Source: an uncultured Pelagibacteraceae bacterium (GTDB lineage: Bacteria; Pseudomonadota; Alphaproteobacteria; Pelagibacterales; Pelagibacteraceae). From it: 64,000 nucleotides of DNA. The position numbers were made by a program, and so were the translations under genes. The notes below the pieces were generated by a model. That model did no database searches and was not told where the DNA came from. It saw only the letters and a program-made list of their open reading frames with translations. Location: positions 46,943-110,942 of the forward strand of contig CACAIN010000001.1 of the NCBI GenBank assembly GCA_902532595.1. Direction: 5' to 3'. Shown piece by piece: positions 29,622 to 38,866 of the stretch (position 1 is the stretch's first letter; every line of letters begins with the position of its first letter).

Positions 29622-30434
29622 TTATGATTTTATCTTATAACCTTTTTTAAATAAAATATAAGTAGTTAGCCAACTTAAAATGCTTAAAATAAATAAATAA
29701 ATTATTCCTATCTTAATTGAACCATCTGCTACACCAATAAAGCTATATCTAAACCCATCAATCATATAAAAAAATGGATTAGCTTCACTTATAGTTTGTA
29801 AAAAACCAGGCAATCTATCTATCGTATAAAATGTACCTGATAAAAAAGATAATGGAACTATCACAAAGTTAGTTACAGAAGCCATATGATCAAATTTTTC
29901 TGCCCATAAACCTGCAATAGTGCCAATGTTTCCTAATATAAAAGATGATAAAAAAGTAAATAATACTAAAGTGAAAAAATGCTTTATTTGCATATCAATA
30001 ATTAAATAAAAAGTTAAAATTGAAATAGCAGCTATCATAAAGCTTCTAGTAACTGCAGCTAAACAAACTGAAATTGTAATTTCTGTAGCGGATAAAGGTG
30101 CATAAAGAAGATCTACGATATTTCCTTGTATTTTACCTATCATAAAGGATGAAGATGAGTGTGAAAAAGACTGCTGTATGACTTGCATTGCAATTAAACC
30201 TGGAGCTAGAAAAATGATAAATGGAACCCCTAATACTTCCCCTCTTTCAGTACCAATTGCTAATGACAAAACTAATAAAAACAAAAGTGATGAAATTAAT
30301 GGGGAAAAAATTGTTTGAACCCAAACAATTAAAAATCTTAAAACTTCTTTTTTATATAAAGTCCAAGCTCCGACCCAGTTAATTAAACCAAATCTTCTTG
30401 CTTCAATTTTATATTTTTTTTTCATTTCAACCAT
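29622..30434 (-). CDS. ABC-2 type transporter permease (YadH-like)
   Basis: KEVLRF, FLAPGL, FLSGTFY, NPFFYMIDGFRY; multi-TM. Confidence 0.85.
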   Translation of the reverse strand: MVEMKKKYKIEARRFGLINWVGAWTLYKKEVLRFLIVWVQTIFSPLISSLLFLLVLSLAIGTERGEVLGVPFIIFLAPGLIAMQVIQQSFSHSSSSFMIGKIQGNIVDLLYAPLSATEITISVCLAAVTRSFMIAAISILTFYLIIDMQIKHFFTLVLFTFLSSFILGNIGTIAGLWAEKFDHMASVTNFVIVPLSFLSGTFYTIDRLPGFLQTISEANPFFYMIDGFRYSFIGVADGSIKIGIIYLFILSILSWLTTYILFKKGYKIKS

Positions 30435-30516
30435 TGATAGTCTTATAACTCCTTATTAAAAAAAACTGTGCAAAACTAATGCTATTAACAGCCTTGGATC
30501 GTTTTAATGTTTTAAA

Positions 30517-30562
30517 CTACAACATAATGTTTTAGTCATAGTGAAAATACTAGATATAGCAA
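30517..30562 (+). promoter_or_regulatory. Candidate tandem NrdR boxes upstream of gcrA
   Basis: CTACAACATAATGTTT (30517-30532) and ATACTAGATATAGCAA (30547-30562) resemble acaCwAtATaTwGtgt. Confidence 0.5.
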
Positions 30563-30571
30563 AATTATACA

Positions 30572-31066
30572 ATGAGTTGGACTAACGAGAAAGTTGAAAA
30601 ATTAAAAGAGCTTTGGTCAAAAGGTCATACGGCTAGTCAAATAGCTGAAATGCTAGGTGATACAACGCGCAACGCGGTTATAGGTAAAGCTCATAGGCTA
30701 GATTTAGAAGCAAGAGCTCCATCGAAACAGTCATCTTCAACTAAATCAAGAGAAAATAAACAGTCATTAAAACGTACTGCAGCTCCTATGTCTAGAAAGG
30801 CTAAATTTCAATCAATTTTGCTTGATAAGAATTTTGAAGCTGAAAATCCTAAATCTTTAGAGGAATTAACTGAAGAGACGTGCAAATGGCCAATAGGTCA
30901 CCCTAATGAAGAAAAATTTTACTTTTGTGGAAGAAAGCCTGAAGGTGAATTTCCATATTGTAAACTACACGTTTTATACGCCTTCCAGCCTAAAAACCAG
31001 AAAGAAGATGATCTAGGTGAAGAACTTCCAGAGTTTATTGAAAAGAAAGTAAAATCAGCAGGCTAG
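30572..31066 (+). CDS. gcrA: Cell-cycle regulator GcrA
   Basis: MSWT.E.V..LK.LW..G.TASQIA, TRNAVIGK.HRL, CKWPIG.P, FCG, YC..H. Confidence 0.95.
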   Translation: MSWTNEKVEKLKELWSKGHTASQIAEMLGDTTRNAVIGKAHRLDLEARAPSKQSSSTKSRENKQSLKRTAAPMSRKAKFQSILLDKNFEAENPKSLEELTEETCKWPIGHPNEEKFYFCGRKPEGEFPYCKLHVLYAFQPKNQKEDDLGEELPEFIEKKVKSAG

Positions 31067-31067
31067 A

Positions 31068-31460
31068 TTATTTGCACTTTTTGCAAAAACCAAAAAATTC
31101 TAAATTATACTTATTATATTTCATTCCAGTATTGTCTTGAAAATCAGATAGGTAATTAGATAATTTAGAGTTATTGATTTCAGTGACTTTCTCACATTTC
31201 TCACAAATAGAAAAGGCAGTAGCCTTCGTAATTTCACAATTTGAATTTTTACAAGCTACAAAAGCATTTTTGCTTTCAATCTTATGGATTTTGCCTAATT
31301 CAAGTAATTTGTCTAAAGCTCTATATACTTGAAGAGGAGCTTTTATCCCTTTTTTTTGAACATCATTTAAAATTGAATAAGCTTTAAGAGGCCCTTTTGC
31401 TTTTTCAATAATTTGAAAAACCATTTGTTGATTTTTTGAGAGAATCTGTGTTTGAACCAT
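31068..31460 (-). CDS. zur: Zinc uptake regulator (Fur family)
   Basis: AY..L, P.QVYRAL, HKIES.NAF..C, CEKC and CKKC; last gene of the znuCB operon. Confidence 0.9.
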   Translation of the reverse strand: MVQTQILSKNQQMVFQIIEKAKGPLKAYSILNDVQKKGIKAPLQVYRALDKLLELGKIHKIESKNAFVACKNSNCEITKATAFSICEKCEKVTEINNSKLSNYLSDFQDNTGMKYNKYNLEFFGFCKKCK

Positions 31461-31482
31461 ATATTAATTTATCAATTTAAGT

Positions 31483-32286
31483 TTATTTTTTCAATTCTGA
31501 ATATCTTTTAAATTTAATAAGTGAAAAACAAAATAAGATTAATGCTGCAGTAATTATCGATGGACCTGAGGGTGTATTAAGTTGTAAAGATGAAAACAAT
31601 CCGATAATCACTGATAGCAATCCTCCAATTACTGATAGTTTAACCATTTGTTGAGGATTGTTTGAGAGGTTTCTACCCATAGCAGCAGGCATAATAAGCA
31701 TTCCAGTAATTAAAAGTAGCCCAACAATTTTAATGGATATAGCAATTACAGCAGCCATTAAAACAGTAAAAATTGCATTAAATTTATTGGGCTCCATTCC
31801 TTCGGCTTCAGCTAATTCATGGTTTACTGTAGATGCAAATAAAGGTTTCCAAATAAATTTTAAAATTAATAGTATTAAAGCTCCACCAATCCAAATAAGT
31901 AATAAATCATTTTGATTAACAGCGAGTATGTCGCCGAATAGTAAACCCATGACATCAAATCGAATAGAAGTTAAAAATCCTATCACAACTAGACCTACAG
32001 CTAATGATGAATGAGCTAGCAAACCTAGTAAGGCATCACCTGGTAATTTTGTGTTTTTTTGTAATTTAATAAGTATGAGTGCAACTACTGAAGAAATTAA
32101 AAAAACAGAAAATGCTATATTAATTTCAAAAAATACAGCCATCGTTACACCCAATAAAGCAGCGTGAGCTAAAGTATCTCCAAAAAAAGACAATCTTCTC
32201 CATATGATAAAACAACCCAAAGGGCCCGTCACTAGGGCAATTCCTATTCCAGCTATTAGCGCTCTTATAAAAAAATCATCAAGCAT
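31483..32286 (-). CDS. znuB: Zinc ABC transporter permease
   Basis: GPLGCF..WRR..FFGDTLAH, LLFGDILAV, VG.LL. Confidence 0.95.
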   Translation of the reverse strand: MLDDFFIRALIAGIGIALVTGPLGCFIIWRRLSFFGDTLAHAALLGVTMAVFFEINIAFSVFLISSVVALILIKLQKNTKLPGDALLGLLAHSSLAVGLVVIGFLTSIRFDVMGLLFGDILAVNQNDLLLIWIGGALILLILKFIWKPLFASTVNHELAEAEGMEPNKFNAIFTVLMAAVIAISIKIVGLLLITGMLIMPAAMGRNLSNNPQQMVKLSVIGGLLSVIIGLFSSLQLNTPSGPSIITAALILFCFSLIKFKRYSELKK

Positions 32287-32295
32287 ATTTTAATA

Positions 32296-33045
32296 TTATT
32301 TATTTTTAATCGTACCATCTTGTGCATGTGTGTGATCATGCTTGTGTTCGTATAAAGATAAAATTTTAGATGCCCTATCACCAAATAATTCTTGGTATTG
32401 ATCATTTTTTGCAACTGCATGAGGCGTTCCTGAGCAACAAACGTGGCCATTTAAACACACCACAAAGTCTGTTGCTGACATTACCACGTGTAAGTCATGA
32501 GAAATTAAAAGTATTCCGCAACTTAATTCCTCTGAAATTTTTTTGATTAATTCATATAAAGCAATCTCACCTTTAAAATCTACTCCTTGCACAGGCTCGT
32601 CTAAAACCAAAAGATCAGGCTGTTTTGCAATAGCTCTTGCTATTAGGACTCTTTGAAATTCACCGCCAGATAAATTGCTTAAACTTTTATTTTTTAAATG
32701 CTCAACTCCAGTTAAGTTTAAAGCTGCATTTATTTGATCATTAGTGAGCTTTTCAGTTAAAAGCATAAAATCAATCACCCTGATGGGTAGCGTCCAATCT
32801 ATAGAAATTTTTTGAGGAACGTATCCAACCTTCTCAGTAAATCTTGAGACTTTCCCCTCAATTTTTTTGTAAATTCCAAGAGCAATTTTTGCTGTTGTTG
32901 ATTTCCCTGAACCATTAGGCCCTATCAAAGTAACAATCTCACCTTTTTTTACTTCTAGAGAGACACCTTTAACCAACCATTTGTCATTTTTTAATACACC
33001 AACATTATCAACTTTTAATAGAATTTTTTTTTCTGCTTTGGACAT
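32296..33045 (-). CDS. znuC: Zinc ABC transporter ATPase (start probably ATG 33045)
   Basis: GPNGSGKST, LSGGEFQR, LDEPVQGVD, HVCCSGTP, C-terminal His cluster. Confidence 0.95.
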   Translation of the reverse strand: MSKAEKKILLKVDNVGVLKNDKWLVKGVSLEVKKGEIVTLIGPNGSGKSTTAKIALGIYKKIEGKVSRFTEKVGYVPQKISIDWTLPIRVIDFMLLTEKLTNDQINAALNLTGVEHLKNKSLSNLSGGEFQRVLIARAIAKQPDLLVLDEPVQGVDFKGEIALYELIKKISEELSCGILLISHDLHVVMSATDFVVCLNGHVCCSGTPHAVAKNDQYQELFGDRASKILSLYEHKHDHTHAQDGTIKNK

Positions 33046-33067
33046 AATTATCTCTTGCATTAATAAA

Positions 33068-33100
33068 TGTTATAATATAACAAGCCGTTATAATATAACA
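33068..33100. promoter_or_regulatory. Two tandem Zur boxes in the znuC/znuA divergent promoter
   Basis: TGTTATAATATAACA (33068-33082) and CGTTATAATATAACA (33086-33100). Confidence 0.88.
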
Positions 33101-33105
33101 ATTTT

Positions 33106-34116
33106 ATGATAAACAGAATACAAACTTTTTTAATAATAGTATTATTTTCAATTTTTTCATTAGTTTCTTCAGCAAATGCTGAGGTTAAAGTTGTAACTTC
33201 AATCAAGCCAATACATTCTTTGGCTAGCTATGTAATGGATGGAGTTGGAAAGCCTGATGTAATAGTAGATGGTTATAATTCTCCTCATGGTTTCAGCTTA
33301 AAACCTTCTCACGCTAAAATGTTAGAAAATGCAGATCTTGTTATTTGGATAGGTGAGGATCTAGAAGCTTTTCTAGAAAAACCTTTAGATACAATTGCTA
33401 AAAAAGCCAAAAATATTGAGGTTATGGATTTAAAAGGAATTAAAAAATTAAAGTTCAGAGAAAAAAATATTTTTGAAGGTCATGATGATCATGGACATGA
33501 TGAACATAAAGAACATGGTCATGACGAACACAAAGACGAACATAAAGAGCATGGACATGATGAGCATAAAGATGAACACAAAGAGCATGACGATCACGAA
33601 GGACACGCACATGGAGAACATGATCCACATGTTTGGTTAGACCCAATGAATGCTAAAGTAATAGTTAAAGAAATTACAAAACAATTAGTTCAACTAGATT
33701 CAAAAAATAGCGCAGCTTATAAAGCTAATTCTAAAAAAGCTTTAGCTGATATAGATAAATTAACTAAAAATATTAAAAAAGATTTAAGTAAAGATTTAAG
33801 ATTTGTAGTGTTTCACGATGCCTACCAATATTTTGAAAAACGATTTGGTATACAAGTTTTAGGAGCTTTAACAGTAAATACAGATGTTATGCCAGGAGCT
33901 GAACAACTATCGGAAATTCGAGAGGTTATTGAACATGAAAAAGTAAACTGTATTTTTTCAGAACCTCAATTTAATCCATCAATTATAAAATCAATTGCTA
34001 AAGATACTAAAGTTAAAACAGGGATCTTAGATCCTTTAGGAGCAAAACTTGATAAAGGTAAAAATTTATATTTTGATCTATTAAATAATATGGCTTCTTC
34101 TTTCAAAGGCTGTTAA
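33106..34116 (+). CDS. znuA: Zinc ABC transporter substrate-binding protein
   Basis: SIKPIHSL, SPH, His/acid-rich loop, DPHVWLDP, FHDAYQYFE, EPQF. Confidence 0.95.
   Translation: MINRIQTFLIIVLFSIFSLVSSANAEVKVVTSIKPIHSLASYVMDGVGKPDVIVDGYNSPHGFSLKPSHAKMLENADLVIWIGEDLEAFLEKPLDTIAKKAKNIEVMDLKGIKKLKFREKNIFEGHDDHGHDEHKEHGHDEHKDEHKEHGHDEHKDEHKEHDDHEGHAHGEHDPHVWLDPMNAKVIVKEITKQLVQLDSKNSAAYKANSKKALADIDKLTKNIKKDLSKDLRFVVFHDAYQYFEKRFGIQVLGALTVNTDVMPGAEQLSEIREVIEHEKVNCIFSEPQFNPSIIKSIAKDTKVKTGILDPLGAKLDKGKNLYFDLLNNMASSFKGC
33481..33630 (+). repeat. In-frame His/Asp/Glu tandem repeat of the ZnuA loop
   Basis: Repeating HGHDEHK(DEHK)E units, 18 His, with synonymous divergence between units. Confidence 0.9.
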
Positions 34117-34192
34117 CTATTTCTAACCAAAGTATCTTTCTCCTCTAAATTGTAATAAATTCTTAATAAACAATAATTATAGGAGAGATCAG

Positions 34193-34417
34193 ATGTTTAT
34201 TAAAAAATATCTTAAATGGATAAGCACTTTTTTAGTTTTAACTGGTATTTTATTAACTAACTTAAATATGTATCCAATAAATATAATGTTTCATGGTGCT
34301 GGAGTTGTAGGTTGGACGATAGCTGGATTTTTATCAAAGGACAAAGCAATTCTTACAAACTTTGGGTTGCAAATACCTTTGTTTATGGTTGGATTTTATC
34401 AAGTTATATTTCAATAA
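34193..34417 (+). CDS. Small multi-TM membrane protein of unknown function
   Basis: 74 aa, hydrophobic, AGGAGAG RBS. Confidence 0.8.
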   Translation: MFIKKYLKWISTFLVLTGILLTNLNMYPINIMFHGAGVVGWTIAGFLSKDKAILTNFGLQIPLFMVGFYQVIFQ

Positions 34418-34608
34418 GTAACGCTAAAAATTATCCCGTGAAATCAACATGTGAAATATAATTATACACAAAAAAAATTATTTTTTTTTTTTTAATTGCT
34501 TTTAAAAAAAAATTTTTTAAAAGAGATCCAAGCGCTATTCAAAATAAAAAATAAATAAATTTACCCCCTAGACAGAATTTTAAAGAAAGTTATAAGTAGA
34601 ATTATCTT

Positions 34609-35577
34609 ATGGATTTAACTCTGATTTATACTATCATTGGATTTGGTCTAGCAGGATATAGTGTAATAGCTAATGACTCTATACAAACATTAGGTACATT
34701 TATTGCATCTAAGAAAAAATGGTTTGCTTGGTACATTTTAGCAGGTTCCGCTTCATTTGTAATGATCCTTGCGCTTGCTTGGGGTTGGTACAGTTATGAT
34801 GGGGATATTTCGTACGGAAGATTAACAAGAATACCTTATCAAGAAATTCAATGGTATCATGCTGTTGCTCCTGCAATTCTTTTGCTATTAACAAGAATTG
34901 GAATTCCAGTTTCAACTACATTTTTAGTTCTTTCTGCATTTGCATCAACAGTTGTTTTGGAAAAAATGCTTGTAAAAAGTATTGTTGGTTATGGTATCGC
35001 TGCAACTGTTGCCTACATATGTTGGATCGTAGTTTCTAAGTTTATTAATGAAAAATTTGATGAAGTTACTGGTGATAAATGGATTGCATTTTGGCGTAAC
35101 TCCGTTTGGGTAACATCTGGTTGGTTGTGGTGGGTTTGGTTATCTCATGACGTGGCCAATATTGCTGTGTACTTGCCAAGACAATTAGATATTTCGTTGC
35201 TATTAATTGTAATGGCTTATTTTACAGCATTGCTTTTTTATATTTTCTATATTCACGGTGGACCTATTCAAAAAGTGGTTCTAGAAAAAACAGGAACAAG
35301 GTACGCTCGTTCTGCAACGATTATTAACGTGATTTATGCAGCAGTGTTGTTTTATTTTAAAGAATTAAACGATCTACCAATGTCAACGACTTGGGTATTT
35401 GTTGGATTGTTGTGTGGAAGAGAACTAGCAATTTCTACCATGAATAAAGACTATAAATTCAAATATGTGTTTCCACTTATTGGAAAAGACTTTGTGAAAA
35501 TGATATTTGGTTTAAGTGTTTCGGTAGCAATAGTGCTAGCCATTCACTACTTTATAATTCCTAGAGGATTATATTAA
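34609..35577 (+). CDS. Multi-TM permease, probably PiT/PHO4-related phosphate transporter
   Basis: Two-repeat signature IAND..QTLG / HDVAN plus GIPVSTT / LPMSTT resembles the PiT GANDxAN and P.STT motifs. Confidence 0.6.
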   Translation: MDLTLIYTIIGFGLAGYSVIANDSIQTLGTFIASKKKWFAWYILAGSASFVMILALAWGWYSYDGDISYGRLTRIPYQEIQWYHAVAPAILLLLTRIGIPVSTTFLVLSAFASTVVLEKMLVKSIVGYGIAATVAYICWIVVSKFINEKFDEVTGDKWIAFWRNSVWVTSGWLWWVWLSHDVANIAVYLPRQLDISLLLIVMAYFTALLFYIFYIHGGPIQKVVLEKTGTRYARSATIINVIYAAVLFYFKELNDLPMSTTWVFVGLLCGRELAISTMNKDYKFKYVFPLIGKDFVKMIFGLSVSVAIVLAIHYFIIPRGLY

Positions 35578-35586
35578 TTATCAAGA

Positions 35587-35814
35587 CTATTTTTTCTTCT
35601 GGAGATCTTCATAAATTTTTTTGAGATCTTCAGGAGATAAATTTTTTTCTTTTAACTTATCTAATACTTCTTCATCTTCTTGACTAACATTTTCATTTCT
35701 TTGTTGCTCTTTTACTTCACTTCTAGCTTCAAATCCTTTTTTAATATGTTTTGCAGATACCAGAATTACTATGAAGGCAATAATTACTGCTAAAGATATA
35801 AACAATAAAGTCAT
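35587..35814 (-). CDS. Small protein with N-terminal TM and charged tail
   Basis: 75-aa ORF, AAGG upstream. Confidence 0.65.
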   Translation of the reverse strand: MTLLFISLAVIIAFIVILVSAKHIKKGFEARSEVKEQQRNENVSQEDEEVLDKLKEKNLSPEDLKKIYEDLQKKK

Positions 35815-35845
35815 TATCTAATTATACCTTAAATTTAGCTAAGTG

Positions 35846-35983
35846 TTAAATGAGTTTCGTCAGTATGTAGATTTGTAGCAAAAGAACTATAAAAGGTAGA
35901 ATAGTTCTGATTAGCTCCATAGTATGGTTATACTCGTCTAATTTTCTCTCTAACCAGTTTCTTTGATATTTTCTTTTTGGCAT
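35846..35983 (-). CDS. 45-aa membrane peptide MPKRKYQRNWLERKLDEYNHTMELIRTILPFIVLLLQIYILTKLI (not in ORF track)
   Basis: ATG 35983 to TAA 35846; fills the gap between co-directional genes; C-terminal hydrophobic helix. Confidence 0.65.
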   Translation of the reverse strand: MPKRKYQRNWLERKLDEYNHTMELIRTILPFIVLLLQIYILTKLI

Positions 35984-36027
35984 ATGATTATTTACATTAA
36001 GATAAAAATATTTTCAAGTTTTTGACT

Positions 36028-36960
36028 TTAAAACCAAGAAATATTTTTAGATTTACAAATCTCTTGAACTTTTTTTGGATAATCAGTTATTATTCCGTCT
36101 ACTCCGTACTCGATCATCCTAATAATATCTTTCTCTCTATTTACTGTCCAAACACAAGTAGCAAGACCATGTTTGTGTGCTAATTCTACATTTTGTTTTG
36201 TGAGATCACGGTAGAAAACGCTCCACACATGTCCCTCTAGCGATTTGATAATATTAGGAAGTAAAAACAACTCTTCCATTGGATATTTTTTAACCATCCA
36301 AGGAGAATTTTCATAAACATTTTTTTTAGTTGTAGGAAGGTCTTGTTGCAGAGTAATAAATCCTCTTAAAATATTAGGATTTTGTTTTTTAAGCTCATAT
36401 AAGATTCTCCAGTCATAAGATGTGATTAAAGTTCTATCTTCCAAATTGAATTCTTTAACATCTTTTAAAATTAAAGAGACCATTTTTTCTGGATTTGGTG
36501 TTACGTTTTCTTGAGTTAGAGTTGATTTAATTTCTAAATTTAAAAAAGCATCTTTATGTTTATCTTCATTAACTAATTTAAAGAAATCCGTTAATTTAGG
36601 TATTTTCTCTCCTTTGGCAGATTGTTGGTTTTTAAATCTTTTTGCATACTTGGTATCTGGCTTTACACTTTCGATAGTATATTTACTTATTTCCTCATAA
36701 GTTAAATCTCTTAATTTCATATTTTTATCAGTGATCCAATTACCAGAAGAATCTTTAACCAAATCAGGGTTAAGTCTGTAGTCATGAAATAAAACTGGAA
36801 TATTATCTTTTGAAATTACTACATCAAATTCAACAGCTCTAATGCCTAAGTCAAAAGCGTATTTTAATCCAGAGATAGAATTTTCAACCATATCGCCTCT
36901 CGCTCCTCTATGGCCGTATATTCTTACGTAATTAGGTTTGGTTAAAAATGGATTGATCAA
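36028..36960 (-). CDS. ugpQ: Glycerophosphodiester phosphodiesterase (GlpQ/UgpQ)
   Basis: GHRGARG, EN, VEFDV, HD, NLEIK, WTVN, DGIITDYP. Confidence 0.9.
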   Translation of the reverse strand: MINPFLTKPNYVRIYGHRGARGDMVENSISGLKYAFDLGIRAVEFDVVISKDNIPVLFHDYRLNPDLVKDSSGNWITDKNMKLRDLTYEEISKYTIESVKPDTKYAKRFKNQQSAKGEKIPKLTDFFKLVNEDKHKDAFLNLEIKSTLTQENVTPNPEKMVSLILKDVKEFNLEDRTLITSYDWRILYELKKQNPNILRGFITLQQDLPTTKKNVYENSPWMVKKYPMEELFLLPNIIKSLEGHVWSVFYRDLTKQNVELAHKHGLATCVWTVNREKDIIRMIEYGVDGIITDYPKKVQEICKSKNISWF

Positions 36961-38012
36961 TTAATCCTCAAATCAGTATTCGTATCAAATAAATGTAATT
37001 TATCATTTTGAAAAGAGAGATTTATATTTTTTCCAATAGTGTCTTCTTTAACAACACCTGCAATACTTGCAACTAAAACTTCATTGCTGTTATCAAGTTT
37101 GCCATGGATAAGTGTGTTGGCCCCGATTAATTCCACAAGCTCAACTTTTAATTTTATCGAACCATTTTGGTCTAACTTAAAATCTTCTGGTCTTAAACCA
37201 ACATTAACTGATCCGTTAAATTTTGAATTTGTTGGAAGTGACGCATTATTTGAAAAATTGACTTTATTATTCTGGCAGTTGCCTTTTAAAATATTCATTG
37301 CAGGGCTACCAATGAATTGGGCGGTAAATAAAGTTCTGGGTTTAGTATAAACTTCTAAAGGTGTTCCGATGTGTTCAACATTTCCCTGGTTCATCACAAT
37401 CATACGATCAGCTAAGGTCATAGCCTCAACTTGATCGTGCGTAACATATAAAGAAGTAGTTTTTAATTGAGTTTGAAGTTTTTTAATCTCTAATCTCATT
37501 TGAACTCTTAATTTTGCATCAAGGTTTGATAAAGGTTCATCAAATAAAAAAGCTACCGGATTTCTTACAATTGCTCTTCCCATCGCAACTCTTTGTCTTT
37601 GTCCGCCAGAAAGTTGATTTGGTTTTCTTTGTAGTAGTTCACCTAACTCTAAAATTTCTGCTGCTTTTTGAACTCTAGTTTCAATTTCATCTTTAGGAAC
37701 TTTTGCAATTTTTAAACCATAAGCCATATTATCAAACACTGACATATGGGGATAAAGAGCATAATTTTGAAACACCATAGCAATGTTCCTTTCCATTGGT
37801 TCAAGCTCATTTACTTTTTTGTTATCGATTAAAATATTTCCCTCATTAGCGTCTTCTAATCCTGCAACCATTCTTAATAAAGTTGATTTTCCACATCCAG
37901 ATGGACCAACAATTACAATTAGCTCTCCATCTTTAACATCTATACTTAAGTCGTGAATAACTTTTGTTTTACCAAAAGATTTTTTTAAATTTTGTAAACT
38001 AATTTGAGACAT
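36957..38012 (-). CDS. ugpC: sn-glycerol-3-phosphate ABC ATPase
   Basis: GPSGCGKST, LSGGQRQRVAMGRA, FDEPLSNLDAKLR. Confidence 0.92.
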   Translation of the reverse strand: MSQISLQNLKKSFGKTKVIHDLSIDVKDGELIVIVGPSGCGKSTLLRMVAGLEDANEGNILIDNKKVNELEPMERNIAMVFQNYALYPHMSVFDNMAYGLKIAKVPKDEIETRVQKAAEILELGELLQRKPNQLSGGQRQRVAMGRAIVRNPVAFLFDEPLSNLDAKLRVQMRLEIKKLQTQLKTTSLYVTHDQVEAMTLADRMIVMNQGNVEHIGTPLEVYTKPRTLFTAQFIGSPAMNILKGNCQNNKVNFSNNASLPTNSKFNGSVNVGLRPEDFKLDQNGSIKLKVELVELIGANTLIHGKLDNSNEVLVASIAGVVKEDTIGKNINLSFQNDKLHLFDTNTDLRIN

Positions 38013-38866
38013 TATTTATCACTTTCTAATAATCCTTTAACAAAAAACTTTTGCATACTTACTACTATTATTACCGGGGGCACCATAGCCAACATTGCTG
38101 TTGCCATAATCGTTGGCCAGTGAGCAAAGTCATCTCCTGTTGGTATCATTGAGTCTATTGCCATTACAATGGTTTGCATGTCCGGATCGGTTGTCATTAA
38201 TAGAGGCCATAAATATTGGTTCCAACCAAAAATAAATAAGATAACAAATAGAGCTGCTATGTTCGTTTTGCTTATTGGAACTAAAATATCAAAGAAAAAT
38301 CGCATTGGACTGCAGCCATCCATTCTCGCTGCTTCAACCATTTCATCTGGAATGGTCATAAAAAATTGCCTAAACAAAAACGTCGCTGTTGCTGAAGCAA
38401 TTAATGGAAAGATTAATCCTGTGTAACTATTTAATAAATTTAAATTTGCAACAACTTCATAAGTTGGAACTATTCTTACTTCTACTGGTAACATTAAAGT
38501 TATAAAAATTAACCAAAAACATAAATTCCTAAATGGAAATCTAAAATACACGAACGCAAAAGCTGATAATAAAGAAATAACAATTTTTCCCACAGTAATT
38601 CCAATAGCCATAATTGCTGAATTGATCATCATTTGCATAACAGGAACTCTAGCTCCATAACCCTCAGGAGCTCCTCTAAACAAAGCATTTGCATAATTTT
38701 CAAAGAATTCTCCACCTGGTATTATTGGTAATGGCGGTTGTATTATTGCGTCTTGCGTAACTGTTGATGCAACAAAAGTTAACCAAACTGGAAAGAAAAT
38801 AAATAACACTCCTAGAATTAATCCAAAGTGTGTTAACCAGTATCCTGATTTTTTTTTCTCAACCAT
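38012..38866 (-). CDS. ugpE: sn-glycerol-3-phosphate ABC permease
   Basis: TLMLPVEVRI, ASATATFLFRQFF, GWNQYLWPL. Confidence 0.93.
   Translation of the reverse strand: MVEKKKSGYWLTHFGLILGVLFIFFPVWLTFVASTVTQDAIIQPPLPIIPGGEFFENYANALFRGAPEGYGARVPVMQMMINSAIMAIGITVGKIVISLLSAFAFVYFRFPFRNLCFWLIFITLMLPVEVRIVPTYEVVANLNLLNSYTGLIFPLIASATATFLFRQFFMTIPDEMVEAARMDGCSPMRFFFDILVPISKTNIAALFVILFIFGWNQYLWPLLMTTDPDMQTIVMAIDSMIPTGDDFAHWPTIMATAMLAMVPPVIIVVSMQKFFVKGLLESDK

Noticed and set aside
30435-30571. CtrA site at the gcrA promoter
   Set aside because: TTAA half-sites occur but not with the N7 spacing.
33481-33630. Repeat array considered as CRISPR
   Set aside because: In-frame coding repeat with no unique spacers and no cas genes.
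33448-33646. Met/Phe/Val-rich and His-rich antisense ORFs
   Set aside because: By-products of the ZnuA His-repeat on the opposite strand.
34468-34522. Long poly-A/poly-T tracts upstream of the PiT-like gene as a phase-variation site
   Set aside because: Non-coding, upstream of the likely promoter core, and homopolymers are common and error-prone in this AT-rich sequence.
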